This document shows, in pieces, positions 24,451 through 37,799 of a DNA stretch of 64,000 nucleotides. Source of the DNA: Rhina ancylostomus (taxonomy: Eukaryota); NCBI GenBank assembly GCA_030265395.1, contig JARFYF010000066.1, positions 18,165,653-18,229,652 of the forward strand. The letters are read 5' to 3'. The first letter of the stretch is position 1, and every line of letters starts with the position of its first letter. The translations under genes and the position numbers were made by a program. The notes beneath the pieces were generated by a model, which was not told where the DNA came from, made no database searches, and worked only from the letters and a program-made list of their open reading frames with translations.

Positions 24451-25881
24451 GCAAAAAGGCGTATTTGCATCAGCTTCCTAATCACGTACCATTATTCCAA
24501 TTTAAGATACTGAAAGATTCAAAGAATCATCACCTCTCATGCAGAGCATTGTCAAGAAAACAATGCAATGAGACACATTTCAATTTTGAAATGGATAAAA
24601 GATTTAACCACATATCATTAATCTAAGCAAATGGCACATTACAAGTCTTTGTGTCAGTTACTCCTAACCTGCTGACAGCATTATTCACCGCGGTCTGAAT
24701 GCCATTAGGGCATAGCTGGTTCAAAGAAATTCTTTCAACTGTCACTTAATCCGACTGTACAGAATAACAGAATCCATCCAAGAAATAAATAACAAGCTCT
24801 ACACCTGGAGTTGTTAACACTGCATTGCCAAGCGTTTCAAAGTAACTGGGCATCAAGTGGATTGAAGTGAGAACATAGGGCTCTAAGTCCACCTAAATTG
24901 TTGTCGGCTCAAGCTCACAAAGCTATAGCCTGCAGCTGAAATGTGCAAGTAGAACTTCAGTCATCTTGGACTCTGTCAATTCAGCTGAACAAAATGTGTT
25001 TTAGAGCACAGAGGTGAAGTATGATGAACATTAAAGTTTATGGTTTGGGGTTTTATCCTAATTTCTAATGAAATGCAAAGGATTAACATGGTGCAATTTA
25101 AGAGTGAAAATGTGTGATAACACCAGCCCCCATTCTACCCTTGCTGGTTCTCCTCCAAGTCACACACCATCCTGGCTTGGAAATGCATGCCATTCTTTTA
25201 TTGTTGCTAATTTCAGCAGAGTGGGAGTACCTTGCCTAGGAAAGCTGCAGCTGTTCAAGGTGGCTCAGCACCACCTTGTAAGGGCAATTACATATGATTG
25301 ATAAAGCCTGGCCTTGCCTGTGAGGCCCACATCCTGAAAAACAGGAAATGATTTTTACCATCTACCTCATGCGCATACACATTCGATGGAAACACAGTTT
25401 AGCTAGTTTCCCAGTTGAAATGTTTTCAATATTTTTTTGAACATATAGGAACTGAATTATAGCAAACAAGTTCCAACCACCCAAACTATCATGGAAGTGT
25501 TAGAGCAAGCAAATTCAATTATACATGATTTAAATGATTCAGGAACAGTTACCAATTCAAAGGTATGTTGAAACCAAAACATATTTACTCAAAATACTTT
25601 GGTAGGAATATTCTGGTCACTCAATTATCATTTCTCATTATTCATTGGGTTCCCAAGTATCTAAATTTGTTAAACCACTGGTACCACTCAGCATCTCCCA
25701 AATATCGATACAACCCAAGATTGATAAAGAGATATGATTGCATTGCTGAATGAAATCACTAATTTGTGTAGCTGCAATGAAGTCCATGCACTTACCTGGG
25801 ACATAGACTCTTAGAATAAACTAATTCACAGGTCATTAGAAACAACAAACAGAAGTGATCCAAATTTGGTCCTTGCCATAC

Positions 25882-25980
25882 CTGGGGTGCCTGCTGCAGT
25901 TTGTTGTGATGGTGAGCGTGCTGATTCAATGATCGTTTCACTACCCCTTGATGCCGAAAATGATAGTAATCATCAAAAAT
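25882..25980 (-). CDS. furin: Furin exon 3 equivalent, prodomain: IFDDYYHFRHQGVVKRSLNQHAHHHNKLQQAPQ
   Basis: 99 nt; acceptor ttttgcag, donor gtatgg; phase 0-0; contains the internal propeptide KR site. Confidence 0.93.
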
Positions 25981-28900
25981 CTGCAAAACAAACACAGAAG
26001 GCTCAAAGACCAAACCAAAATATTGAAAGAAAAATCACCCTCTTGTTGTCAAAGTAACCACCCGTGGCTTTGATGTCACAGAGAAATCTGTGTTCTTGGC
26101 TGATCCCAGTCAATATAACAATGCCATGAGAGAATATTAGCCAACTAAAACAATTGCTAGTTTCTGTATGGGTATATTTGACAAGATTCATTAACTATAT
26201 CCAAATCGAATAAATTGGAAGCCATAGCAGAAAAACGCAACAAGGTACTTTGGTGGCATTGACACGATTCATTTTTCTGTCCTTCCTGGTTTGGTTAGGA
26301 TTGAACACATACTGATCGCCTTGCTCCAGTGACCCTTCTACATTATAGCAAGGATTGGCATGCTATTTGACTGCAAAGGAAATCGCAACCGACCATCGAT
26401 TTTCACTTAGGTCCACGTCCAATACACACTTAGATTTTTACCTTCCATTGGTTAAAAACAATAAGCAAAAAATCCTCAAACTGTCCAACCATGTTGCAGG
26501 ATTAATAACTGGAATGTCTACATTCATATGTGAGAAGACTACAGGCAACATGTAGTGTCAGGATTTCACCAACTTAGCCGATAGCCAAGCAAATCAAGAC
26601 TTTTCCCAGTGATATTGATCTGCATGAACAAACACACATGGTACATATGCCAGCTTGATTCCGCTTGTAAGAAAAATGAGGGGTCTGGGAACCAGAAGTG
26701 GTCATCAATAAAACTGAATTATTCCTTTAGTTTGGGGTTCTCCCTACTTCCTAACCCTCCCCAAGTGCACAATGGACTAAAGCAACTCCCTCTACCAACT
26801 AACACTGGTTTACCTTGGTCTACATGCTTCTCCTAAAAGGAAAACACTTGTTTATGGCTGTAGATTATTGAAAATGATATTAAATACAACACCCTACAAA
26901 TGCCTGCAAAAGACTGATGACTCATCTTTAAAATGACAGCAAGGTTTCTTGGCTAACCGGAGATGCAATCTCTAAAGAACATAAGCACTATTTATGCTCA
27001 ACAGTAAACTTTCAGCAAAACTTATAAGTATGGATAAAGTAGAACAAACAAAATACTGGCAATATAAAATAACTGGACAGTATATTCACCACTCATTGAC
27101 AACACTCCAAGTATCATAAGCCTAACATTTCTTGTGGAATATTCTTACAACTTACAGGAAAATAATTTGGAACAGAACAAATGTGACCTTGTCTGAATTG
27201 ATGCCTCTTTTTAAGCAAGTTAGGCCAGTTCATGGTAAAAATGACTTCAACTGAAAATCGAAAGGAACTTAATCAGATCACTTGTAATTAAGTTTAGAGT
27301 AAAAAAAATGGACAACCGAACTTGTGGCACAAGGGACTAGGGATTTAAATATATGATATGAAACAGACAATCAAAAGGTACCCTGAACACAGGGAGCCAT
27401 GCCTATCTTTTTTTTATCCATAATCAGGAAACAAATTCCACATGGTGAGAAAAGACAATATTTTGGATCAGTTCATCCACAGTTTTTAAACTCTACTTTT
27501 CAGTTTCTCTTTCCTATAGGATCAAATTGTTTGCACCAAGCATTCAATCCTAAATATGTCTCGTTGGAACACCCCAAATATATTTTGGGAATATCCTGTG
27601 CATTCCCTTCATTTTGCTTGCACCTGATATCTCTCCCATTCCAGGGCAGAAAGCCCAAATTTGCACATCATTCTTAATAACTCTGATTCAACAGTGGGGA
27701 TTAGAGTCGTAGCGCTTTACTACAGTCTTCAATGTTTCAATAAACATCTCCAACTCTCTTGAACAAAACAGTAATTAAGGTGTTGGACTAGAGCACAAAG
27801 CTACGAGTCTACAAAGGAGCAAAGTTTTCCACTAAACATTGACAAAATTTGATGAGCCTGAATATTGTGTGAAAGAATTTATGGAGATGGACCAAGTAAT
27901 CAAAGGGGCATATAATCAAAAATGAGATTAGCCTGGTCAAAACAGTTTATGTAGCTGGAACTCAATGTTCCAGAAGGAGGAACCTTCACCTTCAAGCATT
28001 TCCATCAGCTAAACCTGACTTGCCACAGGGTGAAAATGTTTTGGCTGAACAGGAGACTTTATATTGAACTTGCACAGAAGTAGAGCAAAGACATCTGTGA
28101 CCAAAGGTCATAGCTTCAATCAAATTGCAAATTACATGCAAGTTTCTTAGTGATGACCATTTTCATGAAATTATTTAATAACTAGAATTTACGTACAGCT
28201 TTAATTTCTACTCATTGTAGACTTAAAACGGCTTACCACTTTACTCTCAAACTGTGCCTTCAGGTCCAAGTCTCCTCAGTCAGATAAACATGCTCCATGC
28301 ATGTATCTTGTCAAGTCTTTCAAGAATTTAGTAAATTTAGCCATAACATAGAAGGCTGAGTGCCATGTGTTAGGAAGTGGGATTGGCGTAGATATGAATT
28401 TGATGGCTCACATAAACAGTGCCAGCAGAAGGGCCTGTTGCCGTGGGTATGATGCTAATATACCAGGACACCATGTCACAGGAGTGTTATTAAGACCATG
28501 ATAAAAGGACAATGTGAGTGAGATGTTAGGATTGATGATGAAAACTTAGATGAAGACGCAAGGTTTTCATGAGGATATTAATGGCAAAAAAGGCGAGCAG
28601 GAAAGAAATNNNNNNNNNNNNNNNNNNNNNNNNNNNNNNNNNNNNNNNNNNNNNNNNNNNNNNNNNNNNNNNNNNNNNNNNNNNNNNNNNNNNNNNNNNN
28701 NNNNNNNNNTCTATTACTGGGGATAAAACAGCTGAATGCTTTCCCCAAACTTTGGACTGATTCAAATCAAGAGTGTGCAAGAGGCAAGAATTGGAGTATA
28801 AAGGTCAGAGGGAAAGAGCTGAAAAATTCAGGGCTTGGGAAAGGAAACGCTATAGAAGGATTGAAAACATGCAAGAAATTTTTAAAAAAGCATTGTCAAT

Positions 28901-31479
28901 GCAAGAATCCTTTAGATGGGTAAGAAATTGATCAACGGGCCCCAAGGCAATTGTCTACGAGCAACAAACCTCAGGGGCAGTCAACATTGCTGGAAGCCGT
29001 CATTTAGATGGCTGCCTCATGATCCTCTCCTTCTATGCCTTCAATACATTCAGCAGTTTGAAGAAACATTTCCACTGATTTTGTTCAGTTCAACAGTCTA
29101 ATCATATAAATTTATATCTCCAAAAAAATTCCAATTTTTCAGTCAGACTCAGTTCAGTAAGTTCAACATGGTTTGGTTAATTTTACAATACACATGGGCT
29201 AATAGTTTCAGGCCCTAAAACATGATTTGAAGTTATGAGTAAATCCAAGCATTTACAGCACATGTTTAAAAAAGGGAACAGACAGCTGGTTGGCTCAAGT
29301 GGTGAAATGCTATAGTTTTTAAACGTGTGGAAGGACCTCAGGGACACTTCAGGTGCCAACAATTCTAACCGCTGGTGAGAAATAATGAATTTTTAGAAAA
29401 TGGTTTGGAAATCTGCAAGGTATTTTTTCACTCCGTGGTTTTAAATTGCAGTGAACACTGCAGTTTAAATGCCCTAAATTTGAATGAACCAAATCTGAAT
29501 TTGGTTAATAAATTGGGACCGTCAATAGAAAGAGAACTTCACATACGCAGTAGCTGAGGTGTCCAGAACCTGCAAACTGTGATGGAATACATAAAGCATA
29601 CTTTGGTAAAGATAGACTACCAACTGTTAACTGTGTGTGATATGGAAGTATCCATTGTCCTAAGGATTTGCTGCCTTTATTCACAACCTGAACTAATTTT
29701 AAATGTTATTTTACGATAACTTTTTCTCAGGTTTATCTTCAAATGATCTCACTAACAGACTACATTTACTCAGCCTCATTCACCAGTGAATTAAACAAAA
29801 TATCTATGAATAAAGAATGGGCATGGCATAACTCAATTGAATTGGTTCAAAGCTTCAAGCCAGGACCAGAGTACCTATACTGGTAATTCAGTACAATACT
29901 AAGGAAAATTGCATTGGTAGTGGAGCCATCATTAAAATGAAACACAATGTCGGAATTAAACTTTTCAAAGGAAAGCTGGGAAATTCTGCCCATGTTCCAT
30001 CAAAAATTAATCCTGCAATCATTAATCCCAAAAGAAAAGCATAATTTGGCTGATTTGCTATTTGTGTGATTTATGGACAATTTAGTTTTTGCCTGACCAA
30101 GAATACAAACTACAGTTTAAAAAATATTGCCTGTGAAATTTTTTGGGAATTTGATAGACACAAAGTATTTGCATTAATTCGTTTCTTAAACCCACCCTTC
30201 CGATTCTGGATGACATTGCAAGGGAAAAACAATCCCTCAGTGCATCACACCATGGGTTTAGTGTTACACAAGTAAACAACATCAGGGCTCAGAATCTGCC
30301 AAATGCAATATTTATAAGAATGCTTCCTGATCTACCCTTAATACTTAAACCATTAAGCTGACATAAAATAGTTTAACAAGATACAGAAAAATGCCATGTC
30401 TCATTTAATTACTATCATAACATTGCAAAACTGCACTTGTCCATTAAGTACATGAATCATTTGTCTGGAACCCAAGGCCACAGTTCAGGCTTCTGCTTCA
30501 GATCTACACTGGTGCAATCAACATGTTTGTATTGATGGCTGTCAACAGGCCACAGTGACACTGATGACAAATTTCAAAAGATAATCCAAACAAAATCACT
30601 GATGGTAAAGTATGGAGAGTTTATGGACTGAAAAATGCAACGTCAGAAACATACAGTCAATATGAATTCTGCTTTGGCTGTGAATCGAAATTAAATTGGT
30701 CATTTTTCAGATATCAAACCAATGACGGATTATAGAAGGCTTCAAGTCTTGTATCTGATCATTTTAATAAGGACCTTTCGATTACACCAAATGCATTACA
30801 AGGATGATTTAAGGTAAGGAAACAAATCGGATGTTAAGGACGTTACTGTTTTCTGCAGAAGTAAATGCAAGGGCAAAAGTCATCAACAATATTGATCTCG
30901 AGTTCAATAGAAATGTGTTTGAAGTAACTACAAACATCAATATCATAAATATTGCTAAATAACTGAATGAAACTCATACAACAAGGCATCCATAGAAGGG
31001 ATTGTATATTACAAGCAAAATGCATTGTTCAAAGACATTTCAGATGTGGGGTCACCATTCTTTTCCCCCCTGAAATTGAACTTAATAGCAAAATACAGAA
31101 AGTGGAAGTTTTAAGAGCCTCTATATCTAGTTTGGGATAAGGGAGAATATGAGGGACCATTTAAGGCACTGTTGGCTGTGACATAATCTTCTATAGTTCT
31201 CATCAGACCATCTTTGACATCGTTAAAAAAAAGGAGAAATGCAGGTTCAACTTCATATCGCATCTAAAGCTCACATGATAAAACACTTCCTCAGTGTTCT
31301 CAAGTTTAACTGTGAGCAGGCTTGCATCTACAACATCTTGGCTCAGATGGCCACCGCTTTTGTAAACCTGATACAAGATAGCTGGAAGATTTCTCCAGTC
31401 ACCAAGTAACACAAGATGCAATAAAGTGTGGTCTTTGCCCATCAGGATCACACTCCTCCAACTGCTCGCTTTGACCAAG

Positions 31480-32105
31480 AACATACAACTGTACAGAACA
31501 TTAGTGCGGCTACACTTGGGAGTATTTTGTGCAATTCTGGTTGCTGAGCAATGTGAAGTATGGCAATAAGCTGGAAACGGTGCAGAAAAGATTCACAAGG
31601 ATGTTACTAGGACAGGAGGGCTTATAAAGAGAGACTGGATAACCTGGGTATTTCTTCTTGGAGTATAGGAGGCTGGGGGGGGGGTGGAATTACCTTGTGG
31701 AAGTATGTAAAATCTTAAAATCATGAGGGGCATAGATAGGGTGAATGGTTACAGTCTTTTTCCCAGCATAGAGGAGTCTAAAGCTAGAGGGCATAAATTT
31801 AAGGTGAGAGATGAAAAATTTAAAGGGGACATGAAGGGCAAATTTTCTACACAGAGGGCAGCGGGTGTGTGGAGTGAGCTGCCAGAGGAAGTGGTAGAGA
31901 TGGAAACAATTGCAACATTTAAAAGGAATTAAACTCCACTGCTAGTGCAATGGAGTTATAGTCATACAACACAGGAACAGGCCCTTTGGCTCAGGTATAG
32001 GAAAGGTTTAGAGAGATATGTGGCAAATGGGACTAGCTTAGGTAGGCAACTTGGTCAGCATGGATGAGTTGGGCCAAAGGGCCTGTTCCTGTGTTGTATG
32101 ACTAT
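31480..32105 (+). mobile_element. CR1 LINE 3' portion with 3' UTR
   Basis: LYRTLVRLHL...KIMRGIDRVN...ARGHKFKVR...KFSTQRAAGVWSELPEEVVE; terminal gggccaaagggcctgttcctgtgttgtatgactata. Confidence 0.92.
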
Positions 32106-32122
32106 AACTCCATTGCACTAGC
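31941..32122. repeat. Perfect 50-bp inverted repeat (31941-31990 and 32073-32122)
   Basis: gctagtgcaatggagttatagtcatacaacacaggaacaggccctttggc and its exact reverse complement; spacer 82 bp. Confidence 0.95.
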
Positions 32123-35100
32123 TGGTGAGGGAAAGATTCATCCACAGCAATTAAAAATGGCCATAACTGCCAATGGAATTCTACAAGCTATATGGGAGTT
32201 TCCTACAACCCATCAGATCAACAGAGAAGCTCAGTTAATTTGTTGTTCTAAGTCTAATTCTGAACTGTACATTCATCTCCAAATTCTCCCCATAACTCCC
32301 TCAAATCATTTCTCCTTTCAATCTCCCATTTTCATGTCTACTTGTCAAACTCAAGTTGCCATTACATAACTACAACTTGTTTGAATTTCTTCCTTCCCAA
32401 TTGTTTCAGTCATCAGCTTTTCTGTACTGTGGACCTCTGCCTTCTCTCAATTTTGTTGAAAAAAATACTGCCCTAGAAGAACGAGATTAAGTAACAACTT
32501 GGCTCAACTCTTCGCTGCCTTCACTATCTTTTCTGTTCATGAAGTAAATGTGCAATCAAGGGTTGTAACATAACATTTAACATTCAACCCACGTGTTCCA
32601 CCACTTCTGACCCATTGTCCAAATCCAGAGAACTTTCACCTCCCTTAAAAACTACTCGTCTCTTAAACCATGAACTTGACATCTTTTTAAACAATGTTTC
32701 AGCTTAACACTCATTCATTCCACGAGGTGGCAGTGTATTTTCCTCTGAATTTTAAGTGAGAAGCAAGGGCATGAATGATTTTTTTTTGTCTTAATTCTAT
32801 TTCTAGTGGATCGAGAACCATGTGCCCTTACCCTGGCCTCCACAACTGGAGCAGCCATATCAGTTTGGAAAACAACTCTGAGATGTCCTGACATTGAAAA
32901 CACATGAACAGGAACAGACACAGCCACACAATCCTTCATGCCTGCTCTGCCATTCACTACCTACATCGACTTTCCCATAAGATTGCCATTTCCCTCAATT
33001 CCAAAACTCTTCAGCACTACCTTGAATATATTCATTAACTGAAATTCCACAGCCCTCTTGGGGAAGAGAATTCTACACATTCACATCTGATTGAGGAAAT
33101 TTCTCCCATCGTTTTCCTTAATGACCAGCCTGAGCCTCTTTATACAAAAAGAAGCTATTGTTAAAGTAATACTTTGGTTCCACTGAAGTGGAATATTAAA
33201 GCAACACTAAATCCTGTAAACTTATCTCAACAGATTAACACACAAACACATGCAAACAAGAACAGTCAAGGTCCAAACCCTATTGCACATTGAACTTTCT
33301 CATCTCAAGCAGGATGGTACACAGTTGCTGCAATTCACCTCTGGGAAGAATGTCATAAAAGACTCCTGCTCATGATCCCAGTGACCATAAAAGGAAATGT
33401 CTATGTCAAGCAAAATCTGCATGTCTGCACATCAGGCTCAGTTATCATTCTGTGTCAAACAGCATTCACAGAGCATTAATGCAGATCTTGAAGTGCATTA
33501 CTTTGAAGTGCACTACTATACCAAAAAATTTAACTTATTCTCGGGATAATAAAACTGAAAAGGCAGCATTTGTGGAAAATTCTAAACAGACATCCCAAAG
33601 TCACATATGGTTACCTTAAGAGTATCACTGTTGACCTAGTGGAAGGTGGAGGCAGGAAACAAAAGACAAATGGAGCATTACCTGGACTCATTACTAATTA
33701 TCAGCACAATTCAATATACTTTAATAGTGGCCTCAGTCATACAAACGTCATTTCAACATCATACTAAGGTTACAAAGTGGGATCCTACAAGATCTCCTAT
33801 ATAGATATTTGGGCGGTAGATCTTTGTATAACATCTTCTCGCTTTACTTTAGATACAAAATATAATTTCTTATATTTTATGTTGAAAGCTCTCACTGGGG
33901 CTGGGAAGATTAGAGTGAAGGGATGCACCCTGTTTCTGGATCTACACAAGCTGCAGCAGGGATAGATTTAATGCCTCAAATTCTTAGTTTTTTCTATTTT
34001 CCATGTTGCCTCAATGTTTTAATCAATGCATTCAACAAACTGTAAAACACTGAGGCATGTTTTAAGATAGAAATTCTTCTTTTATTGGTAGATGTGAAAA
34101 TGTAAGACCAAATACATTTCGAAATATCTCTGCATGAATTTGGAAGAGTGTGCTGGAAAACTAATGCTGCTAATACTTGGACCAACTTGAAACTGTAACA
34201 ACATATCCCAATATAACCATGTCTTTAGAAACCTACCAAACAGTGGATTGCAATTTACAGTCACACCTATACAATGTTAACAACCAGCTCAGCACACTGT
34301 TGTACTCAGTCACATCCAGGTTAATGGTCATGTCAAAGTTAGTATAATATTAATAAAAGATCCTTCTTGATGCAAACAAGAATCATCTCAAAGTTGCACA
34401 AATTATAATGGTCAATTATTCTTCCTATTGATTTTAATTAGTGATCTGAGCAAGGGACACAAGAAAGCCCTGAGAATTGTTGAGAAACACACCCAACATT
34501 TTTTATTTTATTGGAGTATTTCAGTAGTTCCAAAGATACATTCATTACCTTCCCTGATACTAACCACTCACTTCACCCACACAAAGTTCCTTATTCCACC
34601 AATCCAATCACCTTTTGCAGTACATTTCTACACCTGTACATTTAACAAGTGTGGTTTTGCTTCACCATTGTTCAGCTTTGTTCACTCTTGGTGTCTTTTA
34701 CGTCACCCTTGTTGGTATCCAATGTGATGGGGAAAAAAAAACTCCTGCAGAGCACAACAGCCTACGGCACATGCTGCACATGAAGAATTTACAAAACACA
34801 CCACCACAATACTGGTTTACTTTCTTGGATCACAGACAACTATAGGGAGCAATTGTTCAAATGCAAAAGTAAAAGAAANNNNGGGCTGTGCACTGTCACT
34901 ATTAAAATGAAAAATTGCCGAACTCAGACTTCTTTGGATAAATGTGCACAGCATTCCATATGTATTTTTTTGTCCACTGTATCTCACTGTTTAACAAGAC
35001 AACATCTGTGGCCATTATAAAGAATAAATAATTAAACAAATTCTACTCTTTTTAAAAAAGAAAATGTTTAAATTGTTGTTGATACTGGAGGTGAAACTTC

Positions 35101-35589
35101 TGCAGTCACTGTTCTCAGCCTTTAGAATTGAATTGTTGCAGAGATGAACCTCGACTTGTGCAAGATAGAAAAGTGTTAATTTGCTGAATCAATTTTTTTG
35201 GGAGTGAAATGACCTCCCAAGCAGGATCCACCTCCTAGTTTTACCTCAGTCACCTAGCTTTACCTCAAAAGTCTGCAGAGCAACACACACTATTAAGTAT
35301 GTATCTACACAGTTATGTCATTCTTAGCTTCAATAATGTATCATCAGGCAACCATTCAATTGACCTCCACATTGTGAGCAAAGTTGAAGGAATTTGCAAG
35401 CTAAGAGATTAGTCACACTTAACTGTGGAAATTAAACTTCTTCCAACTCCTCACCTCCACACCCACTCATTTGGGAAAACAAAATCACCCAATAGAACTT
35501 AAGCGTCATCAAATTCATAAAGTCATGCAAATGCACAACATTTGTGAGGTAGCTGTAGTTACTGCTTCAGGCATAGGTGCACCCCAGTA

Positions 35590-35920
35590 TCCATGGAAGA
35601 GCCATCTGAACACTCCCCTCTCCCTCATCTGTTTCCACCGTCACCCACTGCCATTCCTCTGCTTCCACCGAATGCCTCCCAGCCTGTTTCAGCCCTTCCT
35701 CACTTCTAATACACTATGCTCCAAAATATCAACCATTGCTTTGCCTCCAAAGATATTGTTTGACCCACTGAGTTCTTCCAACAGTTTATTTTTTGCTCCA
35801 GATTCCAGTATCTGCAGTCTGTTTTATCTCCACAGGTGTTCATCAGTTTGCATGAAAGAGTCTCACCCAAAATATTAACTAGGCCTTCTCTTTATGGATG
35901 CTTACAGATCCAATTTCTAC
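35590..35920 (+). mobile_element. Penelope-like pLTR fragments (two decayed pieces)
   Basis: tgacccactgagttcttccaacag...gctccagattccagtatctgcagtc, the same family as 12280 and 59175. Confidence 0.65.
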
Positions 35921-37515
35921 TTTCAACAGGTTTAGCTTTCATTTCAAATATACAGTGTTTACACAGTTTATCCCCTACGGGCAACAAATTATACTTAATA
36001 CATTTCTAAATCATAAGTCCCTTTTTTCAATGCAATGTTGTGAATTCAAGCCTAGGCAAAGTGAAATTTAATTCCCTTGTATTTTCCCCAACTTCTTCCA
36101 ATATCCAAGATGGGACTGAAACATATCTGATTGATAAAAAACCAATTTAATTCTGTGTTACAAATTTAATGACAGTTCTATGAATCCCTGACAACAATTT
36201 TGTGGAGATTATGGAAAGTTTTTCAGAAACCTATTAAGATATTTGCTTTGCCAGATCTAAAGAAACAAATAGCAAACCTGTGCAACAAAAGCAGAAATCT
36301 GATATTGATCTGTACAATGATCATCTTAAACTACCAAATTTGAAAACTGGGTTTTGTAACTCCACTGTGGCACTGCTGGATGCTTGATACCAGTGAGAAA
36401 CTGGGGTCACTGTGGAGTAGTTTCAACAGAAATAATATTGTAAAGGAGAACCAAAGTGCTTCACAACAAGTTTCACAGAAGTGGGAAATGCTATAAACAA
36501 AAAAAATTAACTTTGCAAGTTGTTTTTATTTTTGCCCTGGTAAATGAATTTTAACAAATGTTTTTTTCAGAGACTCTCCAATTTGTGTCTAATTCAAATG
36601 CACTTTACTGACCAGCACCTTGCCACTCTAACATTGAAACTTCACATCACATTTGTCTGATTTAAAAAGATGGCTGTTTCAGTTTACTGCGGCCAAAGTT
36701 TAAAAAAATTGAACCAATTTACATTAGTACATTCAAAGATCAGGTCAAAGCCATGTCAAAACAAATAGCACAGAGAACAAATTCTGCAAAGTGCTGTGGT
36801 TCATGTTTACTGTCTCAGTCACCCTTTGTAGGATGGTGTTGACACATCTGCAAGCAAACATGCAGGCAGCAAGCCATACTAGTTGCAAAGCACACTCCTC
36901 AAAAGCTAACAGCAAAAACATTGTACAGTTCAGAGATTAGCTTGAGCATATTTAGATGTCAATGCAGTTCCTCTTGCTCTCATTCAGGACAGCACAGTGT
37001 CTATGCTTTAGTTTAAGAGGCAATTAATCTCACCCCCTTGGCATCCATGGGCAATAAAACTCTAAATTGTACCACAAACAGTTCAACTCTACATTTGCCC
37101 ATTTTGTTCATATTTATTACACTTGCATATTTAAGTTACAATAATGGGAAATAATGACATTATCTATGGTTAAATTGCCAGAGATGAGAGACGTGGATTT
37201 AGTAACCGCCCCCCTCCCCGATCTTTCTTGTCACGAAAACCCAGCCTGCAATCAGTGCAGAGTCTAATTTGTCCTTCACATTTCCTCTTCTGTCCAAGCC
37301 CTAGCTGAAGTTTTTCTAGCATTGACCTAGAAGTGCTTAACATATAGGCTGGAGATAAAAACATTCAAATTCCCTCCTTTCAAGACATAAATATCTAGAG
37401 AGCCCTTGGTCAAGGCGAGAAATCCACAGCAAGAGGTCACAATAACACAGTAATTGCCCACCTTCATTGCCTTTGAGATGACAGAGCTGGTGTCTTGAAC
37501 TACTGCAGTTCTTAA

Positions 37516-37799
37516 GATATTTATCAGTCACATGTACATCAAAACATATAGTGAAGTGCGTCTTTTTGCGTTACTGAGAATGAGCTGGGGGCAGCCCGCA
37601 AGTGTCGCCACTCTTCCAGCGCCAACATAGCATGCCCACAGCTTCTAACCTGTACATCTTTGGAATGTGGGAAGAAACCAGAGCACCCAGAAGAGACTCA
37701 CTCAGACACGGGGACAACTTACAAACTCTTTACAGGCAGCGGTGGAATTGAACCTGGGTCGCTCGTGCTGTAATAGCATTACGAAAACTGCTACACTGC
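37516..37799 (-). mobile_element. Near full-length tRNA-derived V-SINE nested in an older LINE
   Basis: Minus strand has a tRNA-like head with B-box GGTTCAATTCC, then V-domain ggtgctctggtttcttcccacattccaaaga; its 3' tail matches 41575-41700. Confidence 0.85.

Larger units (their letters stand above)
929..25980 (-). other. furin: Furin gene, partial: ten coding exons (human exon 3-12 equivalents); first coding exon and 3' exons not in view
   Basis: Spliced exons give a continuous frame IFDDYYHF...RRTKR/DIY...ILDDG...NDNRHGTRC...[11 protein letters not shown]...ASGNGG...GTSASAP...SHSYGYG...SEPK. Exon lengths and phases match human FURIN as recalled. NDNRHG (D191), LDGEVTD (E230) and [13 protein letters not shown] favour furin over PCSK4/5/6. 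Confidence 0.9.

Noticed and set aside
929-25980. Alternative identity as PCSK4, PCSK5 or PCSK6
   Set aside because: Diagnostic residues ([30 protein letters not shown]) fit furin best; a furin-like paralogue cannot be fully excluded without synteny.
37740-37799. tRNA-like sequence with a B-box
   Set aside because: It is the head of a V-SINE, not a tRNA gene.
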